A DNA stretch of 64,000 nt from Thermoproteota archaeon (lineage in GTDB: Archaea; Korarchaeota; Korarchaeia; Korarchaeales; Korarchaeaceae), in the NCBI GenBank assembly GCA_026986575.1, contig JALSOH010000009.1:128001-192000 (forward strand). The letters are read 5' to 3'. The translations under genes were made by a program, and so were the position numbers. The notes beneath the pieces are model-generated. The model was not told where the DNA came from. It worked only from the letters and a program-made list of their open reading frames with translations, and ran no database searches. Within the stretch, counting starts at the first letter, position 1; each line of letters begins with the position of its first letter. Positions 49,702 through 57,425 of the stretch are shown piece by piece.

Positions 49702-50438
49702 TCCCTGACACCCCTCATTAGGTGCCATCCCATGTACTTTATCCTCTTGATCTCTCCCTCCAAAAAACGCTGGAAGATCTCCGCTTGGCTCAGGCCCTCT
49801 AGAGCTCCAACGTCGCCCTCCGTTATGAGCTCCTCGTAGGTCGGCGATGAAGCGAGCAGACCCAGAAGAAGGATGAGTCCCTCTCCCGGCTCCAACACGA
49901 AGAGTCGACCCCAGGTCCGCCCCCACAGTCCCGATATGCCACCTTTCAGGCCAGCGAGCTCCAGCCATCTCTCAGTAATTAGGTAGCCCTCGTCCGGGAA
50001 CTCGCCCATTCCAGGGTACAGTATGCCCGATCTGAGCACATTCTCCGCCACTATGAGGTAGCCATCCCTCACCCTCTCGAGGGGTGTGATCACATCTCCC
50101 AGATTCAGTAAGGATCTGAGCTCCGAGTTCAACCTTTCCACTAGCTCCAAGCTGGAGGGGCTGTAGGAAGAGTAAGCGTCGCTGCTCATGGTGGCCGTTA
50201 CCAGCACCCTGCCTATTGAGACCAGCTTGGCCATACCTCCCCTAGTCGGCGCCAGCAGGGCCACTATCGACCCCCTAGGGACCTCGAAGACCCCCGCCCT
50301 CTTCAACCTCCTGTCGCTGGCCGTGAGCTCCTCCTCTGTTAGGCCTATCAGGGTTAGGGATCCCAGCACGAGGGGATCCATCCTCTTCCTTCCATCCTCC
50401 TCGAGGGCATCTGGAGGTAAGGAGCTGAGAATTACCAT
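49698..50438 (-). CDS. hypothetical protein translationally coupled to lplA
   Basis: 246-aa ORF; its stop overlaps the lplA GTG. Confidence 0.65.
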   Translation of the reverse strand: MVILSSLPPDALEEDGRKRMDPLVLGSLTLIGLTEEELTASDRRLKRAGVFEVPRGSIVALLAPTRGGMAKLVSIGRVLVTATMSSDAYSSYSPSSLELVERLNSELRSLLNLGDVITPLERVRDGYLIVAENVLRSGILYPGMGEFPDEGYLITERWLELAGLKGGISGLWGRTWGRLFVLEPGEGLILLLGLLASSPTYEELITEGDVGALEGLSQAEIFQRFLEGEIKRIKYMGWHLMRGVRE

Positions 50439-50567
50439 GGCTTCATCGGGGCTAATCCTTCCACCTCTCGACTAGTTACAGTAGACCAATATACCCTTTG
50501 CTCCCTCCAATCAGGTTATAATCACAAGAGTTATATTTCAGCATCTCTAATCTAACGTAGTTGTGAG

Positions 50568-51011
50568 GTGACCTATTTGGTTGTCGCTGGCAAGGCAAGT
50601 GATAAGTTGAAGAACCTCCTGAATCAGGCGATTGCTAGGGAGATACAGGTATCGATCCAGTACATGTGGCAGCATGTCCAGACCACGGGCCCCCTCCATC
50701 ACCTGCTGGCCGACGAGCTGAAAAAGGTGGCTATCGAGGAGATGAAGCATGCCGAGCAAATTGCTGAGAGGCTCTGGTACCTCGGAGGCACCCCCACCAC
50801 GGCTCCCAATCCCATCTTCGTGGGTGAGAACCTGAAGGAGATGATGGAGAGGGATGTGAAGGATGAGGAGGAGGCCATAGAGCTTTACAAGGAGATAATA
50901 AGGGTGGCTAATGAGGAGGGCGATATAACGACTGCAAGGCTTTTTAGGAAGATATTGGAGGATGAAGAGGAGCATCACGATTTCTTCACCACCGTGCTGG
51001 AGGGTCTGTGA
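50568..51011 (+). CDS. ferritin-like/bacterioferritin-family diiron protein
   Basis: E..VSIQY, EEMKHAE..AER, DE..AI..Y and DEEEHHD. Confidence 0.9.
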   Translation: MTYLVVAGKASDKLKNLLNQAIAREIQVSIQYMWQHVQTTGPLHHLLADELKKVAIEEMKHAEQIAERLWYLGGTPTTAPNPIFVGENLKEMMERDVKDEEEAIELYKEIIRVANEEGDITTARLFRKILEDEEEHHDFFTTVLEGL

Positions 51012-51035
51012 GCGGTGGATGAGGAGGTGATGTGT

Positions 51036-51413
51036 ATGGTCGAGAGGTTCGGTGATATGATACAGACCGCCTCCCATGAGGAGGAGGCCACTAGAGAGAA
51101 GCACACCCCCTTCATAGAGGCCCCTGATACCGTGAAGGCTGGAGAGGAATTCGAGGTCACTGTGATAGTGGGCAAGGAGGTGCCCCATCCCAACAAGTGG
51201 GAGCACCACATAAAGTGGGTCCAAGTCTTCGTGGAGGAGGAGGGCAGACCTTACAACCCCGTTCACGTGGCGACCTTCGATATGGGTCCAACTTACGGGG
51301 AACCCAAAGTGAAGTTCAGGATGAAGCTTCAGAAGAACTCCAAGCTCTGGGTGATAAGCTACTGTAACCTCCACGGCCTCTGGGAGGCCTCAAAGGAGAT
51401 CAAGGTCCAGTGA
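51036..51413 (+). CDS. superoxide reductase-like (class II SORL/neelaredoxin) protein
   Basis: EKHTP, HPN..EHHI.W and CNLHGLW. Confidence 0.9.
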   Translation: MVERFGDMIQTASHEEEATREKHTPFIEAPDTVKAGEEFEVTVIVGKEVPHPNKWEHHIKWVQVFVEEEGRPYNPVHVATFDMGPTYGEPKVKFRMKLQKNSKLWVISYCNLHGLWEASKEIKVQ

Positions 51414-51464
51414 TTCACGAATCCCTCCATCATCTTTTTATTGGATTTACCGCCTCAATAAGGT

Positions 51465-51929
51465 GTGTCCATCATGCTAACCTCTGAGTTAGATGTGCGA
51501 ATTGACTCTAAGGACAGGCAGATCTTGGAGTATCTGCTAGCTAACGGTAGGATGTCCCTGAAGGAGATAGGGAAAAAGCTGGGGATAAGCGACGTCGCGG
51601 TTAGGAAGAGGATCAAGAAGTTGGAGAAGGCTGGGATAATCAGGGGGTACACAGTCAAGGTCAGTCCCTCTGCATTAGGGTATACAGTGGTCTCCCTAAC
51701 TGGCGTGGATGTGGAGCCGGGTGATCTGATAAGGGTAGCTAGGGAACTGACCAGTAGGGAGTACGTCAAGTCAGCCTGGATCACCGCTGGTGATCACTCC
51801 ATCATGCTGGAGATCTGGGCCAGGGACAGCAAGGAGATGGATGAGATATTGGCTGAGATCTCGGAGATGAAAGGGGTTACAAGGGTCTGCCCAGCTGTTA
51901 TAACCCAGAGACTGAAGGCCCGGTGCTGA
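51465..51929 (+). CDS. Lrp/AsnC transcriptional regulator
   Basis: D.KDRQIL..L..NGR.S..EIGKKLGIS..AVRKRI and GDH. Confidence 0.95.
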   Translation: MSIMLTSELDVRIDSKDRQILEYLLANGRMSLKEIGKKLGISDVAVRKRIKKLEKAGIIRGYTVKVSPSALGYTVVSLTGVDVEPGDLIRVARELTSREYVKSAWITAGDHSIMLEIWARDSKEMDEILAEISEMKGVTRVCPAVITQRLKARC

Positions 51930-51944
51930 TTCCAGTCGGACAGG

Positions 51945-52214
51945 TCAGAGTACCTTCCCTCCCCTTTTGTGCGTATAGAGCACGACCACCGAGTGGGTTG
52001 CCTCGACCCCCTCTACCTTCAATAACTTGTCTTTCAGGAACTTCCTGAACTCCACGGTGTTCTCAGCCTCTACTACCGCTACTACATCGAATTCGCCGGT
52101 CACTTCGTATAGATCAACGACCTCCGGGTACTTCTTCAGGGCCTCAGTGACTTTGTCTAAGAGCTTGCTCTCCACCCTTATGCTCACAATCACCAGAGTC
52201 AACCCATACCCCAC
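51945..52214 (-). CDS. stand-alone Lrp/AsnC ligand-binding (RAM) domain protein
   Basis: EVVDLYEVTGEFDVVA..VEGV..T. Confidence 0.85.
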   Translation of the reverse strand: MGYGLTLVIVSIRVESKLLDKVTEALKKYPEVVDLYEVTGEFDVVAVVEAENTVEFRKFLKDKLLKVEGVEATHSVVVLYTHKRGGKVL

Positions 52215-52231
52215 CCCCTCATCGTCCCATC

Positions 52232-54061
52232 TTACCTGACCCTCATGACTACTAACCTTCCCCTCATCCTACTCAAGAGGGTCTCAGGGAGCCTGTAGGC
52301 TTTACCTTTTAACTTACCCCTTCCGAACACAGCGACAAAGTCGTATGGTTCCGCCTCCTCGGCCAGCGAACTCTCGTCTCCCTTTATCACGAAAACCGTC
52401 ACCTCGTAGTCCCTCCTCCTGAGAATAGAAGCTACCTCCTCCAAGTGGGAGAGGGTCAGTTCTTCCAGCTGCCGCATCTCCTCCAAGTCTTCAGCCGAGA
52501 CTAGGTCCGTGAGAAACAGCCTGTGCCTCCTGTCGAAGTATTCCATGAGGACCTTGGCCGCCACCTCCGCCGGTATGCCCGGGGGAACTATCACCAGAAC
52601 CTCCATCTTGTACGCGGCTGGCTTCACCTCATCAGCGTGGAGACGCCCAGTCACCGGTAAGCCCTTCCTCGTCCTGTACGCAGAGTAGAGGAGAAGTCCC
52701 AAGACCAGCCAGAGCGTACCCAAGCTCCTCCCAATGGGGTGGAAGACCACCATGAGCACCAGTATTATCAGCGCGGCGACACTTCCGATGACACCAGTCA
52801 GTGGCTTGCCCTTCAGAGTTGGACTCTTCCAGGGTCTATAAGCTTCTCGATCCAGTTTCCTGAGTCGGAGGATGGATAGATTGACGAACACGTAGGTAAT
52901 TAGGGCGGCGAAGGTGTAAAGGTCAGCGATCTTCTCAAGACCGCCGAGGAAGGTGAGGGCCATCCCTATTCCGCCGAAAAAGAGGATGGAACGGGTGGGG
53001 GTCCTGAATCTCGGGTGGATTTGGTTGAACCAAGAGGGCATCTGGCTGTACTTCGCCATGGAGAAGACTATCCTGGAGACCCCAACCACACCAGTGTTCG
53101 CTGATGCTAGGTTGACCGTGAAGCCGGTGAACGCCACGAGATAGGATAGAGGCTCGCCCACGTAGGCTATTCGCCTTGCCATTGTCACCAGAGGGCTCTC
53201 TAGGTCTCTAGCAAGATGCTCCCAAGGCAGCATCCCCATACTGAGGATCGAGAGGCCCAAGGCGTACACGAGGACCATCAGGACTGAGAGCTTGGTCGCC
53301 AACGGGATCCACCTGTAGGGCCTCTTTGTCTCCTCCGCAGCCTGTGCGATGGAGGCTATGCCCACGTATGAGCTCATAGCCAGCGTTACCCCGTAAATGA
53401 AGTTCTGACTCCTCAGATCCATGAAGGGTATGTAAGAGACGTCGAGAGGGTGGGGAGAACCTATTTGGGTGATCTGAGAGAGGAACAGGGGGAGGGAGAA
53501 ATTGAAGAGGAGACCTAAAAGGAGGATGGCCGACTGGACTAGTAGGCTAGGGACGACCATCATCTCATTTAGGGTAGACGACTCCTTGATCCCTATTATA
53601 TTCACGATGATGAGGAATGAGATCATTATGAGGGTGGTGATGACGAGGTTCCCGACGTGGAAGGGACCCACCTGCGTCACTTCTCCTATCGAGGGAATGA
53701 AGTAGCTGAGATACCCCGCTGAAGCCATGGCGAAAAGGGTTATATCCACGGTGTAGGCTAGGAGCATCATCCACCCGGCCACGAAGCCAGCGAGGTCGTT
53801 GAAGGCTTTCATGGAGTAGACCTGAACTCCTCCAGCGTAAGGGTAAGTGGAGGCTAGCTCTGCATAGCTGAGGCCCGTCGCAACGTAAAGGATCGCCGCC
53901 AATGCGAACGCTAGGGGCGAGCCGCCAGCTGCGTAGAGGGCCACGAGTCCCAGCGCGACATATATATCGGCCCCGACGTCGGCGTAACCCATGGAGAAGG
54001 AGCCGAACCAGCCTATATCCCTCTTTAGTGCTACCCTCTCCTCCCGCCTCTCCCTCCGCAC
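52232..54061 (-). CDS. APC-family amino acid permease with USP-like C-terminal domain
   Basis: SYAELASTYP.AGG, AEETK.P, SR..FSM and HPRFRTP; C-terminal alpha/beta domain. Confidence 0.9.
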   Translation of the reverse strand: MRRERREERVALKRDIGWFGSFSMGYADVGADIYVALGLVALYAAGGSPLAFALAAILYVATGLSYAELASTYPYAGGVQVYSMKAFNDLAGFVAGWMMLLAYTVDITLFAMASAGYLSYFIPSIGEVTQVGPFHVGNLVITTLIMISFLIIVNIIGIKESSTLNEMMVVPSLLVQSAILLLGLLFNFSLPLFLSQITQIGSPHPLDVSYIPFMDLRSQNFIYGVTLAMSSYVGIASIAQAAEETKRPYRWIPLATKLSVLMVLVYALGLSILSMGMLPWEHLARDLESPLVTMARRIAYVGEPLSYLVAFTGFTVNLASANTGVVGVSRIVFSMAKYSQMPSWFNQIHPRFRTPTRSILFFGGIGMALTFLGGLEKIADLYTFAALITYVFVNLSILRLRKLDREAYRPWKSPTLKGKPLTGVIGSVAALIILVLMVVFHPIGRSLGTLWLVLGLLLYSAYRTRKGLPVTGRLHADEVKPAAYKMEVLVIVPPGIPAEVAAKVLMEYFDRRHRLFLTDLVSAEDLEEMRQLEELTLSHLEEVASILRRRDYEVTVFVIKGDESSLAEEAEPYDFVAVFGRGKLKGKAYRLPETLLSRMRGRLVVMRVR

Positions 54062-54123
54062 GCCCCCACCCGACCGCCCATGCTCGGCACGAACGGAAGC
54101 CCATTATTAAAAGGATTAACTTT

Positions 54124-55299
54124 CTACTCCAGCTCGCTGCCCGTTGCCCACCTGTTCACTAGGAACTTGGCTAGGAAGGGAGATCCGAAGGCAGTGACGA
54201 GCGAGTAAAGTACTAGAGAAGAGTATAGGACATCATCTATCGTTCCCAGCCTCAAACCTGTTTCAGCCGCTGCTATAACGAGGCTCAGTTTGGCCCACAT
54301 TATGGTACCCATCACCACGGATCTCTTGATCCCAAGGACGTTCCTCGCCGATACGGTAACGCCCAGAACCTTTCCCAGCAGGCTCAAGATTATGAGTCCG
54401 GGGAGGAGCCATAGATTCGTCTTCAGGACAGCGTCGACCACATTTACCTTCACCCCCGTAAGGAGGAAGAATGCTGGCAGGAACAGAGCATATCCGAAGG
54501 AAGCCAGGTTTCTGAGTAGGTATTCACTGGAATATATGAGCTCCGATACCAGGACGCCAGCGAAGAAGGCGCCTATCACCCCGTGAACTCCAGAGGCCTC
54601 GGCCATGGCGGCGAATATTATCATGAGGACCATGCTGAGCCTCGTGGAGAAGTGGTACCTCCTCTCCAAGATCTGAACCTTCTCAGTCAGCTTGGAGTAC
54701 GCCTTGATCAGCTTGTAGGAAGGATAAAGGACCAGGAAGAGGAGTAGGAGGACCCAGATGGTGTCCAAGGAGAGATTCGAGCCCTCCACGAAGAAGGCGA
54801 GTAGGAACATGCTGAGCATATCGGAGACAGCGGTAGCCCCGAGCAGTAGATCGGAGAAGGATGGGTTGCTCTTTCCCCCGACTTCTAGCAGATGTCTCAT
54901 CTCGAGCACCGTCGGGAGGACCACGCCCACGGAGGTGGTAGAGGAAACTACGCCTATAAGCCAGGGGTTCACTCCGATCGCCATGCCCAGGGCGTACCCC
55001 ATCAGGAAGGGAACCATGGTGGCAGCAGTACCCACTAGGAGCGCGGTGAAGAAGTTCTCCTTGAGGAACTCAAGCTCTACCTCAAGCCCGGCCAGGAAAA
55101 GCAGGTATATAAGGCCGAAATCGAAGAGGAACGAGAACCAGGGGAGATCCGGCTGCACTAAGTTCAGGAAGGACTGCCCTATCACGATCCCCATCGCTAT
55201 CTCCACAACTACGCAGGGGACGCCCGTTTTTCTAGCTATGAGTGGGCAGATGATGGCGAGGACTCCCAACAAAGCCAGCTGGACTATCTCCGATGCCAA
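54124..55299 (-). CDS. CPA2 cation:proton antiporter
   Basis: LLFLAGLE, TTSVGVVLP, IGAFFAG and P.FF..TG. Confidence 0.9.
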   Translation of the reverse strand: MASEIVQLALLGVLAIICPLIARKTGVPCVVVEIAMGIVIGQSFLNLVQPDLPWFSFLFDFGLIYLLFLAGLEVELEFLKENFFTALLVGTAATMVPFLMGYALGMAIGVNPWLIGVVSSTTSVGVVLPTVLEMRHLLEVGGKSNPSFSDLLLGATAVSDMLSMFLLAFFVEGSNLSLDTIWVLLLLFLVLYPSYKLIKAYSKLTEKVQILERRYHFSTRLSMVLMIIFAAMAEASGVHGVIGAFFAGVLVSELIYSSEYLLRNLASFGYALFLPAFFLLTGVKVNVVDAVLKTNLWLLPGLIILSLLGKVLGVTVSARNVLGIKRSVVMGTIMWAKLSLVIAAAETGLRLGTIDDVLYSSLVLYSLVTAFGSPFLAKFLVNRWATGSELE

Positions 55300-55311
55300 G
55301 GACTATCCCCT

Positions 55312-56172
55312 TCAGCGGGAGGTTAAGCGGTCCAGCGCCTCCAGATCAACGTACTTAGAGAGCTCCTCGTCCATGGAAAGCATGTGGGCCTCTACCAGTT
55401 GAGCGACCTTCCTGCCCAGGGGTGTGAGCTTGTAGTAAACCCCCCTCTTCGTGTCAGGCCCCTTCTCCTTCACCAAGAGCTCACCGTCCTCGAAGTAACG
55501 CTTGATGTAGTAATCCAAACTTACGATCTTGGACCTCTCGTCCTCTATTCCCTTATCTCCCCTCTTCCTCATCTTGTTCCTGATCTTCACATACTTTATT
55601 AGGGTTTGGGGGGATGCGAGCACGCCAGCCTGTTCGAGCCTGCCGACAGCGTAAAGTATGGCGAGGGAGACCTCGTTCAGCTTCCAAGTCGGGTAGGCTA
55701 TCAATTCCCTGTACCCGGCTTCGTCCAGTTCTATGGCCCTAGCGTTGAGGTAGAGAGCCAAGTGAAAGAGAGGGATCTTGAGGAATCCAGAGCATACGAC
55801 TAAGATCCTCAGCTTCCTCTGACCTCCTGAGGAGTTGATCTTCCTTATCTTCTTGGCCAGCCCCACCATAGAGGATATCACAGTGAGTTGATCCAGCGAG
55901 GGAAGTTCCTCCTCCACGACGCTTTCGGTGGAGTTTATCAGCTCGAGCTTATTCCGGAACTCCTCGTAACCCTCGCCTATCAACCCATCCTTGATCAGGA
56001 AGGCGAACCTGATCATCCTGAGGTCATCGGATACTAGTCTCTCGAACATCCTGAAATCTGTGGAGGTAGGGGCGACCAGGAGATAAAAGGAATCGGAAAG
56101 ATCGATGGCCTTCTCAGCGCTCCTGCTTAGGACCCTCTCCAGCCTCTCTAGTCCGGAGCCCCCTACCCCCAT
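55312..56172 (-). CDS. CARF-like (Csa3/DUF6293-type) ligand-binding domain plus winged-helix transcriptional regulator
   Basis: Rossmann-like N-terminus (LLVAPT..., ILVVCSG..K); linker P..KL..AIL; wHTH ending YKLTPLGR. Confidence 0.6.
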   Translation of the reverse strand: MGVGGSGLERLERVLSRSAEKAIDLSDSFYLLVAPTSTDFRMFERLVSDDLRMIRFAFLIKDGLIGEGYEEFRNKLELINSTESVVEEELPSLDQLTVISSMVGLAKKIRKINSSGGQRKLRILVVCSGFLKIPLFHLALYLNARAIELDEAGYRELIAYPTWKLNEVSLAILYAVGRLEQAGVLASPQTLIKYVKIRNKMRKRGDKGIEDERSKIVSLDYYIKRYFEDGELLVKEKGPDTKRGVYYKLTPLGRKVAQLVEAHMLSMDEELSKYVDLEALDRLTSR

Positions 56173-56366
56173 CAGAATCCATCAAAATCAATTTTGACAA
56201 CTTATAACCTTTATGATTTCAGCAAACGGCTTTTACATGAAAACCCATTTCTTATATGTGTAGAGCGGTTTTGAATACAAAATTTATTCTTACCCAATGC
56301 GAAATTACTGTAATAGTACCACTTAATGGTTATAAAGGAAAACTTATGCATCACATTGATAACGCC
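56173..56366. promoter_or_regulatory. AT-rich divergent promoter region with palindromic operator candidates
   Basis: Mirror TATA boxes TTATAACC (56202) and GGTTATAA (56328); palindromes TCAAAAT-CA-ATTTTGA (56182-56197) and ATTAC-T-GTAAT (56304-56314). Confidence 0.55.
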
Positions 56367-57425
56367 ATGTCAAACCGATCGGGCAGGAGGTACAGGCTGG
56401 CTGGCGAGGAGCTCGATCCAATGATTGGACCCTATGGGAGGTATCACGAACTTCTGAGAAGTATAGCGTCGGATCTCGCCAAGAACCTCTCCAACATCAT
56501 CAAGAGAGTCGATGAAATCGCCCCAAAGCTTAGAGACGTGCTTCCCATCTTCGAGTTAAGGGGGGAAGATGCCTCTTCGGTGAGGATAGCCGCCGTGGAC
56601 GCCGGGGCTAACGGGAAGGACTTGATCTTGGGTTATCAGCCAGTGAGCGTAGCAGTAGGTGCGGTGTTCATCGGGACAATGAAGGACGGCGATCCGGTTG
56701 TGGCTACGGTGAAGCCCCCTAAATCCTACTTCGATGACGAGGAGGGCTCCAAATTTTCCTCCCTTCTGGGCTACTACCTCATGTATCGGCTGGGCATAAC
56801 CCTCTTGGAGAGATCAGATGTCCTCATCTTGGACGGTCCCCTCTTCCTCCCTAGGAATTACTACGGGCCTAGGGGGAGGGCCCACGCCAGGGCCTATTAC
56901 GAGGTCTACGATGCGACCCTCCGCTCCCTTGGGGAGCTCCTGAGGACAGCTAGGTCCATGGAGAAGATCGTGGTGGGGATAGTCAAGAGGATCAGGAGCT
57001 CGTACATCTCTGGGTGGTTTGGGTTAAGCGGCTACCCTGACTCGATGCTCGCTTCCAGCCTGCTCAGAGAGGGCGAGGCCTTGGGGCCAATTCCCATAAA
57101 CCCTAGGTGGGAGGATGTCATCACCTGGCTGAACGACACGAGGCCCTACAGGCCTTGGTCCGTGTTCTTCAAGAGGAGCTCCAAACCCACGAGGTTGGAC
57201 CTCCCGGAGTACGCACTCGACGACTCTGAATGGTTGGCTAACGTCCTCTATAGTGTTTCCGAGCCTGTTACGGGCCTTCCCATCCCGCTGATAGCTGTGG
57301 ACAGGCTCTCTAAACTGACCGACAGGCAGGCCTCCCTCATCTACAGGATGATGCTGTCTGAGATGGGCTGCAGGGACCCGGACAGGGTGGCGATGTTTTC
57401 CCTTCAGAGGGGTGAGAGCGATTGA
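56367..57425 (+). CDS. nurA: NurA-family nuclease
   Basis: IAAVDAG, LILDGPL, VGIVKR, RLD and GLPIPLIAVD; ATG about 30 nt after the TATA box. Confidence 0.85.
   Translation: MSNRSGRRYRLAGEELDPMIGPYGRYHELLRSIASDLAKNLSNIIKRVDEIAPKLRDVLPIFELRGEDASSVRIAAVDAGANGKDLILGYQPVSVAVGAVFIGTMKDGDPVVATVKPPKSYFDDEEGSKFSSLLGYYLMYRLGITLLERSDVLILDGPLFLPRNYYGPRGRAHARAYYEVYDATLRSLGELLRTARSMEKIVVGIVKRIRSSYISGWFGLSGYPDSMLASSLLREGEALGPIPINPRWEDVITWLNDTRPYRPWSVFFKRSSKPTRLDLPEYALDDSEWLANVLYSVSEPVTGLPIPLIAVDRLSKLTDRQASLIYRMMLSEMGCRDPDRVAMFSLQRGESD

Noticed and set aside
49702-49968. long N-terminal extensions on lplA (and likewise on the AbrB, pstB, satD and nurA ORFs)
   Set aside because: The extensions overlap upstream genes or promoters; downstream starts have RBS/TATA support and match family N-termini.
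50547-51374. 275-aa antisense ORF over the ferritin-like and SOR-like genes
   Set aside because: Shadow of two well-supported plus-strand genes; its Leu/His-rich composition is typical of antisense frames.
54758-55402. 214-aa plus-strand ORF, and similar Ser/Pro/Thr-rich ORFs such as 60920..61531, 11354..11899 and 12524..13114
   Set aside because: Antisense to clear genes with no motifs; expected from the codon bias.
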